Below are positions 19,461-29,302 of a DNA stretch of 64,000 bases, piece after piece; the first letter of the stretch is position 1, and every line of letters begins with the position of its first letter. The DNA comes from Candidatus Multivoraceae bacterium (GTDB lineage Bacteria > Acidobacteriota > Thermoanaerobaculia > Multivoradales > Multivoraceae). The position numbers and the translations under genes were made by a program. The DNA is taken from positions 182,911-246,910 of the forward strand of contig OZ244782.1 of the NCBI GenBank assembly GCA_965219625.1. The letters are read 5' to 3'. The notes under the pieces are model-generated. The model ran no database searches, was not told where the DNA came from, and saw only the letters and a list, made by a program, of their open reading frames with translations.

Positions 19461-21233
19461 ATGAGTCAACACATCGGCAGCTTCGAGATTCTCGATCGCC
19501 TCGAGGCCCATAGCGGCCACTCGTCCTACCTCGCCCGCAGCTCCGAGGACGGCTGTTCGGCGATCGTCGACGTCTGGTCCAACGAGACGACCGAGGCGCA
19601 GACCCATTTCCTGGAGCGTGCAACGAAGGCCTCCCGCCTCGATCATCAGGGGATCGCCCGCGTGCTCGATTTCGGTGTCGACGGGAGCACGTCATGCACG
19701 ATCGAGCAGTCCAGCGACGGCAAGTCGCTCGAAGCGATTCTCCGAGAAGAGAGTCCGCCGACCCTCGCTTCCGCTCTCGCTTGGCTCGCCCAGCTGGCGC
19801 GAGCGCTCGAGCACGCTCATGAGATGGGCGTGGTTCATGGCGACGTTCACCCCGGCCTGATCACGATTCGGTCAGACCGCGCGGTCAGCCTCCGCGGCTT
19901 CGCGAACGCTCGGCCTTCTGCGGCCGTGCCCTACCGGGCGCCGGAATCGGACGATGGCGCACCGCTCGCGGTCACCGCCGACCTCTACTCATTCGGCGCC
20001 TTGCTTCGTCGACTGCTCGCAACCGCTCGTCACGGCGCTACGGGCGACACGGCCCGCCTTGACCGCGAACCGGCCCTGCTCGCGCTCGTCGACGCCTGCC
20101 TGGCCGAAGACCCGGAACTGCGTCCCACAGGCTTCGCAGCCGTGGTCGACACCCTCGAACGTGCGTTGCGGTCAGCGGGATCGGCTGGCTCACCCGACTG
20201 GGCGTCGGCCACCGTACTCGCCGATCGCAGCGCTGACGAGGCGAACAACCCACGTGTCGATCTCCCCATGCGCCCCGTATCCGATCGCCCAGGGAGATCC
20301 CCTTCCAAGCCTGATTCCGGGAGCGAAGACGCTTGCCGCAGTGGCCGCGTTTCACCCGCGGCGGGTGGAACTCCCAGCCTCGACCAGGTCGCCGCCGCGA
20401 TCCGAAGACCCTCCCGGCCGCGCTGGCGACACCGCTGGGTGACCTTCGCGGCAGTCGTCGGCAGCGCCGTATGGGTGGTCGGACTCCTGTGGTGGTCGAA
20501 GGGCAGCCCGGTCGAGGGTTCGGAAGCGCCGGCGCGCGAGGCCAGTGCCGTCGCCTCTCTCTCCCAGGCCGACGATGGGTCCCAGGCGGACCCGCCAGCA
20601 CTCCTGCCGCCTGCGAAGCCACCTTCCGAAGTGTCCGCACCCGCGACGACCGCCGAGTCCATCGATGCCCGCACCAAGGAACGGGGAACCGGCCGCCTGG
20701 CGCTGGGTCCGGCCTGGCATCCGGAGATCACGGTGGCGATCGGGGACGGTCCGCCGACGCCGCTCGACCGTCGCCGGGTGTTCGAAGTCGAGGCGAATAT
20801 CGACCATCTGCTGACCTTCGAGCTCGCCACTCGCGACTACGTGATTCGGGAGCAAATCGTCACCCAGGTTGTCGCGAATCGCCTGTTCGAGACTCCCGTG
20901 CCGGTCGCGCGGCCCGGCACGCTATCGGTGGGCGTCCGGCCCGGCTCCACGCGACGAGTGTTCGTCCGGGTCGGCGACGAGGCGATCGGCTGGACGCCGA
21001 TTCGCGACCTGACCCTGCCCGTGGGCGTCCATACGCTGAGCATCTTCCGCAATCCGACCTGGCGCCCCGAAGAGCGGATCGACCTGCCTGTTCAGGTCCG
21101 CGCTCGGCGCGAGACGAAGGTGCATGTCGACCTTGGGGAGGAGCCGCCCGCGCTCATCGTCGACGGTTCGCGGATCGAACCGTCACCTCTCGCAGAGGGC
21201 GCCGACGCGGCAGCCTATGCAGGTGCGCCATAG
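19461..21233 (+). CDS. Membrane-anchored Hanks-type kinase-like protein with degenerate catalytic motifs (predicted pseudokinase) and a PEGA-like C-terminal domain
   Basis: The ATG is at 19461. The kinase fold is recognisable from YRAPES and DLYSFGALL. The catalytic motifs are degenerate: the VAIK Lys is absent (SAIVDVW), HRDxKxxN reads HGDVHPGL, and DFG reads RGF. One TM segment (WVTFAAVVGSAVWVVGLLWW) follows. The C-terminus (GTLSVGVRPGS...GWTPIRDLTLPVGVHTLSI) looks like a PEGA domain. Confidence 0.75.
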   Translation: MSQHIGSFEILDRLEAHSGHSSYLARSSEDGCSAIVDVWSNETTEAQTHFLERATKASRLDHQGIARVLDFGVDGSTSCTIEQSSDGKSLEAILREESPPTLASALAWLAQLARALEHAHEMGVVHGDVHPGLITIRSDRAVSLRGFANARPSAAVPYRAPESDDGAPLAVTADLYSFGALLRRLLATARHGATGDTARLDREPALLALVDACLAEDPELRPTGFAAVVDTLERALRSAGSAGSPDWASATVLADRSADEANNPRVDLPMRPVSDRPGRSPSKPDSGSEDACRSGRVSPAAGGTPSLDQVAAAIRRPSRPRWRHRWVTFAAVVGSAVWVVGLLWWSKGSPVEGSEAPAREASAVASLSQADDGSQADPPALLPPAKPPSEVSAPATTAESIDARTKERGTGRLALGPAWHPEITVAIGDGPPTPLDRRRVFEVEANIDHLLTFELATRDYVIREQIVTQVVANRLFETPVPVARPGTLSVGVRPGSTRRVFVRVGDEAIGWTPIRDLTLPVGVHTLSIFRNPTWRPEERIDLPVQVRARRETKVHVDLGEEPPALIVDGSRIEPSPLAEGADAAAYAGAP

Positions 21234-21269
21234 GGTTCGAGAAGGCCCCCATCGGGTTCGAGAAAGCCC
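21233..21269 (+). repeat. Two 16-nt direct repeats (GGGTTCGAGAARGCCC) spaced 21 bp apart, between the kinase-like gene and the GT2 gene
   Basis: The first copy is gggttcgagaaggccc at 21233-21248. The second is gggttcgagaaagccc at 21254-21269, differing at one position. The first copy overlaps the last base of the TAG stop (21231-21233). Confidence 0.8.
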
Positions 21270-21345
21270 GGAGCTTCGGCGCGAAGATTGCGGGACAACG
21301 GCCCAGTTGCTGTAGGCTGATCGCCAGGACACGGGTAGAGGCAGC

Positions 21346-22365
21346 ATGGCCCAGGCGACCGATCTGACGACATCTGAGCGCCTCAAGTTCATTCCTCACG
21401 CGGAAGGACAGAGCAGGGCGGTCGAAGTCAGCGTGCTCGTGCCCGTGCTCGATGAGAGTGCCACCGTGGCGACGCTCGCCGGGCGCGTGCTCGCCAACCT
21501 GGACGCCCTCGGCAAGCGATGCGAGCTGCTGTTCATCGACGACGGTTCGACGGACGGCACCGCCGACAAGGTCAAGCGCCTGCATGAACGCGACCCTCGC
21601 GTGCGGCTCGTCAGCCTGCGGCGGAACTTCGGCAAGGCGGCGGCCCTGTCGGCCGGCGTGGACCATTCCTGTGGCGCGATCCTCATCACGATGGACGGCG
21701 ATCTCCAGGACGACCCGGACGAGATCCCGCGTCTTCTCGACGCCTTGGAACAGGGGCCCTTCGACCTCGTCAACGGCTGGAAGCGGACGCGGCGTGATCC
21801 GCTGCGTCGTCGAATTGCCTCCAGGCTGTTCAACTGGGTCACGCGCTCTCTCTCCAGGGTCTCGCTTCGGGACTTCAACTCCGGCTTCAAGGTCTATCGG
21901 CGCGAAGTGCTCGAGCAGGTCGCGGTTTACGGGGAACTCCATCGTTACATTCCCGTGCTGGCCAGTCGCCAGGGCTTCCGTGTCGGCGAAGTCTCCGTCG
22001 CGCACCATCCGCGACAGGAGGGCCGAAGCCGCTACGGCTGGGACCGCTCGTACAAGGGACCGGTCGATCTGATCACCGTGCTCTTCCTCGGCCGGTTCAC
22101 CCGCCGTCCGCTTCACCTGTTCGGTCCTCTCGGCCTGGCCAGTCTTGCCGCTGGTATCGGTGTCTGCGTCTATCTGGCCGTGTTGTGGTTGAACGGCGTC
22201 CCACTCTCCAATCGACCCCTTCTGCTGCTTGGCGTCCTCCTCATCGTGCTGGGAATCCAGGTCGTCACCACGGGGTTGATCGGGGAGCTGATCACGTCGA
22301 GGACCTTCGAGCGACGCGACAGTTACTCCGTCCGCGAACAGGTCGGCTGCTCGCCCGTCGCCTGA
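21346..22365 (+). CDS. Family 2 glycosyltransferase, polyprenyl-phosphate sugar synthase type (GtrB/DPM1-like) with C-terminal TM helices
   Basis: The protein has VSVLVPVLDE...LLFIDDGSTDGT and a DGDLQDDP (DxD) motif. Two C-terminal TM helices are present. Confidence 0.85.
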   Translation: MAQATDLTTSERLKFIPHAEGQSRAVEVSVLVPVLDESATVATLAGRVLANLDALGKRCELLFIDDGSTDGTADKVKRLHERDPRVRLVSLRRNFGKAAALSAGVDHSCGAILITMDGDLQDDPDEIPRLLDALEQGPFDLVNGWKRTRRDPLRRRIASRLFNWVTRSLSRVSLRDFNSGFKVYRREVLEQVAVYGELHRYIPVLASRQGFRVGEVSVAHHPRQEGRSRYGWDRSYKGPVDLITVLFLGRFTRRPLHLFGPLGLASLAAGIGVCVYLAVLWLNGVPLSNRPLLLLGVLLIVLGIQVVTTGLIGELITSRTFERRDSYSVREQVGCSPVA

Positions 22366-22402
22366 AGCGACCCGTCGCCCCGCTTGAGCTCAGCAACCGC
22401 CG

Positions 22403-23701
22403 ATGGACGAGACGAAACCGGCTATCGCGAAGGCTGGCAAACGTCTGCGCATCCTCTTCCTGACCCAGACGTATCCTCGTTGGCCCGGCGATACCGCCGG
22501 GCCGTTCATCCGCGAACTGGCGCGCGGTCTCGTCCGCCACGGCGATCGGGTCACCGTGCTCGCCCCAAGAGCGCCAAACGTGCGCAGGAGGTGGTTGGAC
22601 GACGGCGTCGAGGTGTTCACCTTCGGCTATGCGCCGCGACGATTCGAACTCCTGGGTTACGGCCGCAGCCTGGCCGCCGACGAGCGGGTTCGCCTCGGCG
22701 CCGGCCTTGCCGCCCCGCTCTACCTGCGAGCGGCAGCCGCGGCGGCAACGCGTCATGTCGTTCTTCAGCCGACCGACCTTGTCCATCTCCACTGGCTGAC
22801 GCCGAACGGACTCGTCGCGCTCCGACCCGCCTTGACCAAGAGCGGCGTCGCTCTCGCAGTCGGACTCCACGGCAGCGACGTCTTCCTGGCCGAGAAGCGG
22901 GCGGTGCGGCCCCTCGTGCGACGCGTTCTCGACACCTGCGAACTGCTGACCGGGTGCTCGCCGGAACTCATCGCACGGGTCCAGGCACTCGGCTACGGTG
23001 ACAAGCCTGCCCACGTGATTCCCTACGGCGTCGACATCGAGCGATTCCGACCGGCCGGCATCGGCGAGAAGAACCGAAGCGAATGGCGCGAACGGTTGAG
23101 GATCCCGGCCACGGCGACCGTGCTGCTCGGCGTCGGTCGATTGGCGACGAAGAAGGGCTTCCACCTGCTCGTCGAGATCCTGCCCCGCCTGCTCGGTGGG
23201 TTCGCCGACCTGCACGCGGTGATTGCCGGCGACGGCGACCAGATGACGAGACTCCGCACCCAATGCAAGGCCTGGCCGCGCGAACACGCGCGACGTCTCC
23301 ACCTGACCGGGCTTGTGACCCAGGATGTCTTGCCGTCGCTCTACCGAAGCGCCGACGTGTTCGTTCTGCCCGCGATTCACGACCCGCAGGGGAACGTCGA
23401 CGGCCTGCCGAACGTGATCCTCGAGGCCCTCGCTTCGGGCCTTCCGGTCGTCTCAACGGCGATCTCCGGCATTCCTCTTGCCGTCGAACCTGGCGTTCAG
23501 GGAGTTCTGACGCCGGAAGGGGACCGCGAGGCGCTCCTTGAGGCCCTCCTTTCTCTGCTCCGCGATCCGGAACGACGCCGCAGAATGGGTGTAGCCGCCC
23601 GCCAGCGCGCGGTCACCCGCCTGACCTGGGACCTCGTCTCCGCGGCCTATCGCGACGCCTACCTCGAGGTGCTGGCGCAGAGGCGGGAGAACGAAGAGTG
23701 A
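22403..23701 (+). CDS. Family 4 (GT-B) glycosyltransferase
   Basis: 432 aa. The C-terminal half carries the GT1/GT4 motif LPAIHDPQGNVDGLPNVILEALASGLPVV. Confidence 0.85.
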   Translation: MDETKPAIAKAGKRLRILFLTQTYPRWPGDTAGPFIRELARGLVRHGDRVTVLAPRAPNVRRRWLDDGVEVFTFGYAPRRFELLGYGRSLAADERVRLGAGLAAPLYLRAAAAAATRHVVLQPTDLVHLHWLTPNGLVALRPALTKSGVALAVGLHGSDVFLAEKRAVRPLVRRVLDTCELLTGCSPELIARVQALGYGDKPAHVIPYGVDIERFRPAGIGEKNRSEWRERLRIPATATVLLGVGRLATKKGFHLLVEILPRLLGGFADLHAVIAGDGDQMTRLRTQCKAWPREHARRLHLTGLVTQDVLPSLYRSADVFVLPAIHDPQGNVDGLPNVILEALASGLPVVSTAISGIPLAVEPGVQGVLTPEGDREALLEALLSLLRDPERRRRMGVAARQRAVTRLTWDLVSAAYRDAYLEVLAQRRENEE

Positions 23702-24432
23702 GCCGCCCGGATCGCGCTCCGGTGATCGGTCGCATCGGCTGGTGGTTCATTCTCGTCGCGGCGCTCAGCCTGCCGACGATCGCCTCGCTGACCTACTTCG
23801 TCTGGCTCGAGGGCACAGCCTGGGTGGCGCCGGTATACCTGCTGTCGAAGGCACTTCAGTTCGCCGGCCCGCTTCTCGCCCTCGGCATCCTGCTCAGGGC
23901 AGCCACCGGGCCGCAGCAGCCGGCCCGGGCCCTGGCACTCGGACTTGCCACCGGCCTCGCCGGCGCAGCCGCCACCTTCATCGCCTACCACGCGCTGTTT
24001 CGCGGCGGCGCGATGGCAGCTACCGCGACACAGGCAATCAGCGTGAAGCTGGCCGACTTCCATCTCGACGCGCGGTGGCGCTACGTCGCCGCGGCGCTTC
24101 TCATCAGCTGTCTCCATTCCTGGCTCGAGGAGGTTTATTGGCGCGCCTTCGTCTACCGCCAGCTCGGGCGCCTCACCGGATCCGCCACCTGGTCGCTGGT
24201 CATCGCTTCGGTCGGATTTGCCGCTCACCATGTGATCGTCATCGGCGTCTACCTGGGCGACGCTCAGGCCGCCACCGTCCTGATCATGGCGTTGCCGGTC
24301 GTCCTCGGAGGCGCCGCCTGGTGCCTGCTCTACCGGGCGACCGGCAACCGTCTGCTCGCGCCATGGCTGAGTCACATGTGCGTCGACGTGGCGATCATGG
24401 CCGTCGGCTACGACCTGGTCTTCGCCGCCTGA
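23698..24432 (+). CDS. CPBP-family intramembrane glutamic endopeptidase (CAAX protease-like)
   Basis: The protein is polytopic and carries the LEEVYWRAF (EExxxR) and FAAHH motifs. Its GTG start overlaps the GT4 stop by 4 nt. Confidence 0.8.
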   Translation: MSRPDRAPVIGRIGWWFILVAALSLPTIASLTYFVWLEGTAWVAPVYLLSKALQFAGPLLALGILLRAATGPQQPARALALGLATGLAGAAATFIAYHALFRGGAMAATATQAISVKLADFHLDARWRYVAAALLISCLHSWLEEVYWRAFVYRQLGRLTGSATWSLVIASVGFAAHHVIVIGVYLGDAQAATVLIMALPVVLGGAAWCLLYRATGNRLLAPWLSHMCVDVAIMAVGYDLVFAA

Positions 24433-24455
24433 AACGAGGACGTTCAACCCGGCGC

Positions 24456-25475
24456 CTATTCCACGCCTCGCGAGGTCGGCAGGCCCTGCTCGCGCAGCCA
24501 ATCGTCGTTGTAGATCGTGCTCAGGTAGCGGGTGCCCGAGTCCGGAAACAGCGTGACGACCCGCGCCCCGGGCGAGAGTCCGGCCAGGATCTCCCGCACG
24601 CCCCAAAGCGCGGCGCCGCTCGAGCCGCCGACCAACATCGCCTCGTCGCGGGCCAACTCCCGCGCCGTCAGGAAGGCTTCCGCATCGCTGACCTGGACCA
24701 TCCGGTCGAAGAGCTCGAACTCCGGGCAGTCGATGATCTCCTCATCGCCGAGGCCTTCGACCAAGTAGCGACCGGTCGGTGCAGATACGTCCGCGGCACC
24801 GGTAAGCGACGCGAAGTGCCGGCTGAATACCGAACCCTCGACATCGACCGCGACCACCTGTACGGACGGATCCCGCTCCTTCAGGAACCGGCTGATGCCC
24901 GAGACCGTGCCGCCGGTGCCGATACCGCCGACGAAGACGTCGATCCGCCCATCCATCTGGCGCCAGATCTCGGGCGCGGTCGACTCATAGTGGCAACGGT
25001 TGTTGTCCAGGTTGTTGTGCTGGTCGGGAAAGAAGGCATCCGGCTCCGCCGCCGCCAGCGTCTGCGCCTTCCGATTGTAGGACTCGGGGTGCTCTGGCGG
25101 AAGGTCGCCGTCGACGAGGACGAGTTCGACTCCCAGGGCGCGCAGGCAGTCCAGCTTCTCGCGACTCGTCTGCCGCCGGACAACGGCACGACAGCGGAGT
25201 CCCCGGTTCGTCGCCATCATTGCCAATCCCATCGCGGTATTGCCGGAAGAGGCCTCGACGACCACGCCGCCGGGCTTGAGCCGACCTGAAGCGAGCGCTC
25301 GGTCGACCAGGTAGCGGGCCACACGGTCCTTCACGCTCCCCATCGGATTCAGGTACTCGAGCTTCGCGAAGACCTCGACCCCGTTCGGCCGCTCACTCAG
25401 AGACCGGTCAAGCCGGACCAGGGGAGTCCCACCGGTCGCCTCGCAGACGCCGTTGCAGACGCCTTCCGCCTTCAC
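24456..25475 (-). CDS. PLP-dependent cysteine synthase / CBS-family enzyme (CysK/CysM-like)
   Basis: The GTG at 25475 overlaps the upstream udg stop (GTGA). Motifs NPMGSVKDR (PLP Lys), SSGNTA and GGIGTGGT are present. The longer track ORF (to 25751) adds an Arg/Ala-rich non-homologous extension. Confidence 0.8.
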   Translation of the reverse strand: MKAEGVCNGVCEATGGTPLVRLDRSLSERPNGVEVFAKLEYLNPMGSVKDRVARYLVDRALASGRLKPGGVVVEASSGNTAMGLAMMATNRGLRCRAVVRRQTSREKLDCLRALGVELVLVDGDLPPEHPESYNRKAQTLAAAEPDAFFPDQHNNLDNNRCHYESTAPEIWRQMDGRIDVFVGGIGTGGTVSGISRFLKERDPSVQVVAVDVEGSVFSRHFASLTGAADVSAPTGRYLVEGLGDEEIIDCPEFELFDRMVQVSDAEAFLTARELARDEAMLVGGSSGAALWGVREILAGLSPGARVVTLFPDSGTRYLSTIYNDDWLREQGLPTSRGVE

Positions 25476-26170
25476 GTCGAGTCGCCTTGTCCCGCTCGGC
25501 TCTCCGCCAACAGCCGGTCCCGGACGATCTGCATGTCCTCCCAAGCCGCCCGCTTGTAGGAGGGATCCCTGAGCAAGAAGGCCGGATGATAGGTGACTCG
25601 CACCGGGACGCCGCGAACGTCGTGCCAGCGGCCGCGCATCCGCCCCAGGGCGTCCTTGCGCTCCAGCAGCTGCTGCGCGGCTACCCGACCCAGAGCGACA
25701 ATCAGCCGTGGCTGAATCAGCTCGATCTGGCGCTCCAGGAACGAGCGGCAAGCCGCTGTTTCATCCGGCTGAGGATCGCGGTTGTTCGGCGGTCGGCACT
25801 TGACCACGTTCGTGATGTAGACGTCCTCGCGGCGCAGATCGATGGCCTCGATCATCCGGGTCAGGAGCTGTCCCGCTGGACCGACGAAGGGCAAGCCCTG
25901 TCGATCCTCCTGAAATCCAGGACCCTCACCGACGAACAGCAGGTCGGCATCCGCCGCGCCGTCGCCGAAGACGACCGTGTTCCGCTGCTCGGATAAGCGG
26001 CAGGCTCTGCAGGCCTGGGCTTCCGCCGCAACCTCCTCCAGGTCTTCGACGCGGGGGCCGGCGTTCGCCAGCGCCGCCACGCGGGGAGGCGACGGCGGGA
26101 ACGCATCCTCGAAACCCAGGTCCCGCAGCAGCCGGAGTTCCTGCGCCGGCCTCAACTCGAGCCGGCTCAC
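25472..26170 (-). CDS. Uracil-DNA glycosylase, family 4
   Basis: Motifs GEGPGFQEDRQGLPFVGPAGQLL and HPAFLLR are present. Cys residues typical of the 4Fe-4S family 4 UDGs occur in the N-terminal part. Confidence 0.88.
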   Translation of the reverse strand: MSRLELRPAQELRLLRDLGFEDAFPPSPPRVAALANAGPRVEDLEEVAAEAQACRACRLSEQRNTVVFGDGAADADLLFVGEGPGFQEDRQGLPFVGPAGQLLTRMIEAIDLRREDVYITNVVKCRPPNNRDPQPDETAACRSFLERQIELIQPRLIVALGRVAAQQLLERKDALGRMRGRWHDVRGVPVRVTYHPAFLLRDPSYKRAAWEDMQIVRDRLLAESRAGQGDST

Positions 26171-27402
26171 GAACCGTCGCTCCGCAGGAAGAGCGCGAGC
26201 AACTGCCCTGCGAGTTCGTCCTTCGACTGCTTCCCAAACGCGACGGGATCACCGCCCCGCCGAAACACCGTAACCTCGTTTTCAACCGCCTCGAACCCGA
26301 TATCCGCGCGGGAGACATCGTTCGCAACGATGAAATGGGCGCGCTTCGCCTCGAGTTTTCTCCGCGCCGACCGCTCGAGCTCGGTCGTCTCGGCCGCAAA
26401 GCCGACGCGCACGGCCTGGGGCGCCAAAGCGGCCAGGCCGGCGAGCAGGTCGGGATTCTGCTCGAGGTCGAGGACCAAGCCGTCCGAGCCCGATTTCTTC
26501 AACTTCTGCAACGCGCACTCACGCGGCCGATAGTCCGCGACGGCAGCCGCCATGACGACGAGGTCCGCCTGCGTCGCCGTCTCCTCGAGCGCCGCCTGCA
26601 TCTCGAGAGCGGACGAGACATCGATGCGCTCGACGCCTGCCGGCGTGTCGAGAGCAACTGGTCCGGCGATCAGAGTCACCGTCGCACCCCGCAGCGCCGC
26701 CTGGCGTGCGAGCGCGAAGCCCATGCGACCGCTCGACCGGTTGCCCAGGAACCGGACCGGATCGATCGCCTCGAAGGTCGGCCCGGCGGTGACGACGACG
26801 CGCCGATTCGCCAAAGGTCCCACCGGCGCCGGCTGGCCGGCGGGATCGAGCGCGAGCGCCCGGCAAACGGCCTCCACGATCGCATCCGGCTCCGCCATCC
26901 GACCCCAGCCCTTCTCCCCAGAAGCCAGGGCGCCTTCGACCGGTCCGACGACCACGGCGCCCCGGGCGACGAGGGCATCGACGTGGCCCCGCACCTGGGG
27001 TTTCCGCCACATCGTGTCGTGCATCGCCGGGGCGACGACGAGTGGCCCGTCGAACATGAGCGCCGTCGTGCTGAGGAAGTCGTCTGCCAACCCCAGAGCC
27101 AACCGCCCCAAGGTGTTCGCGGTTGCCGGCGCGACGCAGAGGAGGTCCGTCCACTGCGCCGCCTCGACATGAAGCTCCTCACCATCAACGTCGCCGTCGC
27201 GCGACAGGTACTGCTGGCCGTATACCCGGTTGCCGCTCAGCACTTCGAGGGTCAGCGGCGAAATGAAGCTCTCGGCGGCGAGTGTCGGTGCACAGCGCAC
27301 GTCGAAGCCACGCTCACGCAGCCTGCGCACCAGATAGGCGCCCTTGTAGGCGGCAATCCCGCCGCTCAATCCGAGCAGGACTCGTGCAGGCCGAGCGGGC
27401 AT
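26167..27402 (-). CDS. coaBC: Bifunctional phosphopantothenoylcysteine decarboxylase / phosphopantothenate-cysteine ligase
   Basis: 411 aa. The flavoprotein N-terminal half reads LLGLSGGIAAYK and the CoaB half reads GNRSSGRMG. Confidence 0.92.
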   Translation of the reverse strand: MPARPARVLLGLSGGIAAYKGAYLVRRLRERGFDVRCAPTLAAESFISPLTLEVLSGNRVYGQQYLSRDGDVDGEELHVEAAQWTDLLCVAPATANTLGRLALGLADDFLSTTALMFDGPLVVAPAMHDTMWRKPQVRGHVDALVARGAVVVGPVEGALASGEKGWGRMAEPDAIVEAVCRALALDPAGQPAPVGPLANRRVVVTAGPTFEAIDPVRFLGNRSSGRMGFALARQAALRGATVTLIAGPVALDTPAGVERIDVSSALEMQAALEETATQADLVVMAAAVADYRPRECALQKLKKSGSDGLVLDLEQNPDLLAGLAALAPQAVRVGFAAETTELERSARRKLEAKRAHFIVANDVSRADIGFEAVENEVTVFRRGGDPVAFGKQSKDELAGQLLALFLRSDGS

Positions 27403-27442
27403 GCGCGTTCCTGCCGTGGCAGCTCCTCGTGCCAGCGCGGTG

Positions 27443-27712
27443 CTAGTTCACCGTGCCGGTTTCGCTGCCGCTGTCCTCGTCAGCGGGCTTCGTGCCGTCA
27501 TCGTCGGCGCCCGCCGATGCGGAGGGCTCCGGCGCCTCGCCGTAGTCCCATCCCACCAGGTCGAGTTCCAGTTCCTTCATCGCATGACGCGCCAGCTTCG
27601 GACTCTCGCGCGGGACCTTCTCCTCGGCGCCACGCATCAGCTGCTCGGCGCGACGGGCCGCCAAGAGCACGTACCGAAACTTGCTGTCTACCTTGTCAGG
27701 AAATCGGGCCAT
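27443..27712 (-). CDS. rpoZ: DNA-directed RNA polymerase subunit omega
   Basis: MARFPDKVDSKFRYVLLAARRAEQLM matches the omega N-terminus. The track ORF starts two codons earlier, at 27718. Confidence 0.85.
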   Translation of the reverse strand: MARFPDKVDSKFRYVLLAARRAEQLMRGAEEKVPRESPKLARHAMKELELDLVGWDYGEAPEPSASAGADDDGTKPADEDSGSETGTVN

Positions 27713-28391
27713 GTGCATGAAAGTCTGCGCGAACGCGGTTCACGCGCTCCCGCATCCGCTCCCTCCGCTGTCTCTTCTCCAGAATGATGGCCGACAAGAT
27801 CTTGCTCGCGGCCTCGGCGCAGTCGTTGACAATAACATAGTCGTAGTCCCGCACTCGCTCCACCTCGGCCAGGGAGCGGACCAGTCGCTTCGCGATCTGC
27901 CCCTCGTCGTCCAGGTCACGACCACGGAGACGTGAGACCAGCGCTTCGTAGCTGGGAGGCATGACGAACACACTCCAGACGGCCGTGCTCAGGCGCCCTG
28001 CCTCTCGCGCACGCCCCATCACCTGCTCGGCGCCCTGTACGTCGATGTCGAGCAGGACGTCGGTTCCGCGCTCAATCCGGGGCAACACCTCGTTCAGCGA
28101 AGTCCCATAGAGATTCCCGTGGACTTCGGCCCACTCGAGAAACAGGCCCTCCGCGACCATCCTCTCGAAGGTCGAACGATCGGTGAAGTGATAGTCCTGA
28201 CCGTCGCGTTCGTTGTCGCGGGGCTGCCGCGTCGTGTGGCTGATCGAGAACTCGACACCGGAGACCAGCTGCATGGCGCGATGCACCAGGGTCGTCTTGC
28301 CCGCGCCGGATGGCGCCGAGAGAATGAACAGTTCGCCCGGCGCCCGCCTCGCCGCCCAGGCATCGCCTGGGTTCAGGTCTCTTCGCTTCAT
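27696..28391 (-). CDS. gmk: Guanylate kinase
   Basis: The ATG at 28391 avoids overlap with yicC. The P-loop LSAPSGAGKTTL is present and TTRQPRDNERDGQDYHF matches guanylate kinases. Confidence 0.9.
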   Translation of the reverse strand: MKRRDLNPGDAWAARRAPGELFILSAPSGAGKTTLVHRAMQLVSGVEFSISHTTRQPRDNERDGQDYHFTDRSTFERMVAEGLFLEWAEVHGNLYGTSLNEVLPRIERGTDVLLDIDVQGAEQVMGRAREAGRLSTAVWSVFVMPPSYEALVSRLRGRDLDDEGQIAKRLVRSLAEVERVRDYDYVIVNDCAEAASKILSAIILEKRQRRERMRERVNRVRADFHAHGPIS

Positions 28392-28410
28392 CGCCTCGTC
28401 ATGCTCGCCG

Positions 28411-29298
<888 letters not shown>

Positions 29299-29302
<4 letters not shown>

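Noticed and set aside
23933-23949. Sigma-54 promoter-like sequence TGGCAC-N6-TTGCC. Other TGGCAC occurrences (for example near 12011 and 13389) were checked because an NtrC-type activator is encoded at 106..1473.
   Set aside because: The GG-to-GC spacing is one base too long. All occurrences lie inside coding regions and lack a proper TTGC element at the correct distance. No convincing -24/-12 promoter was found upstream of any gene in the window.
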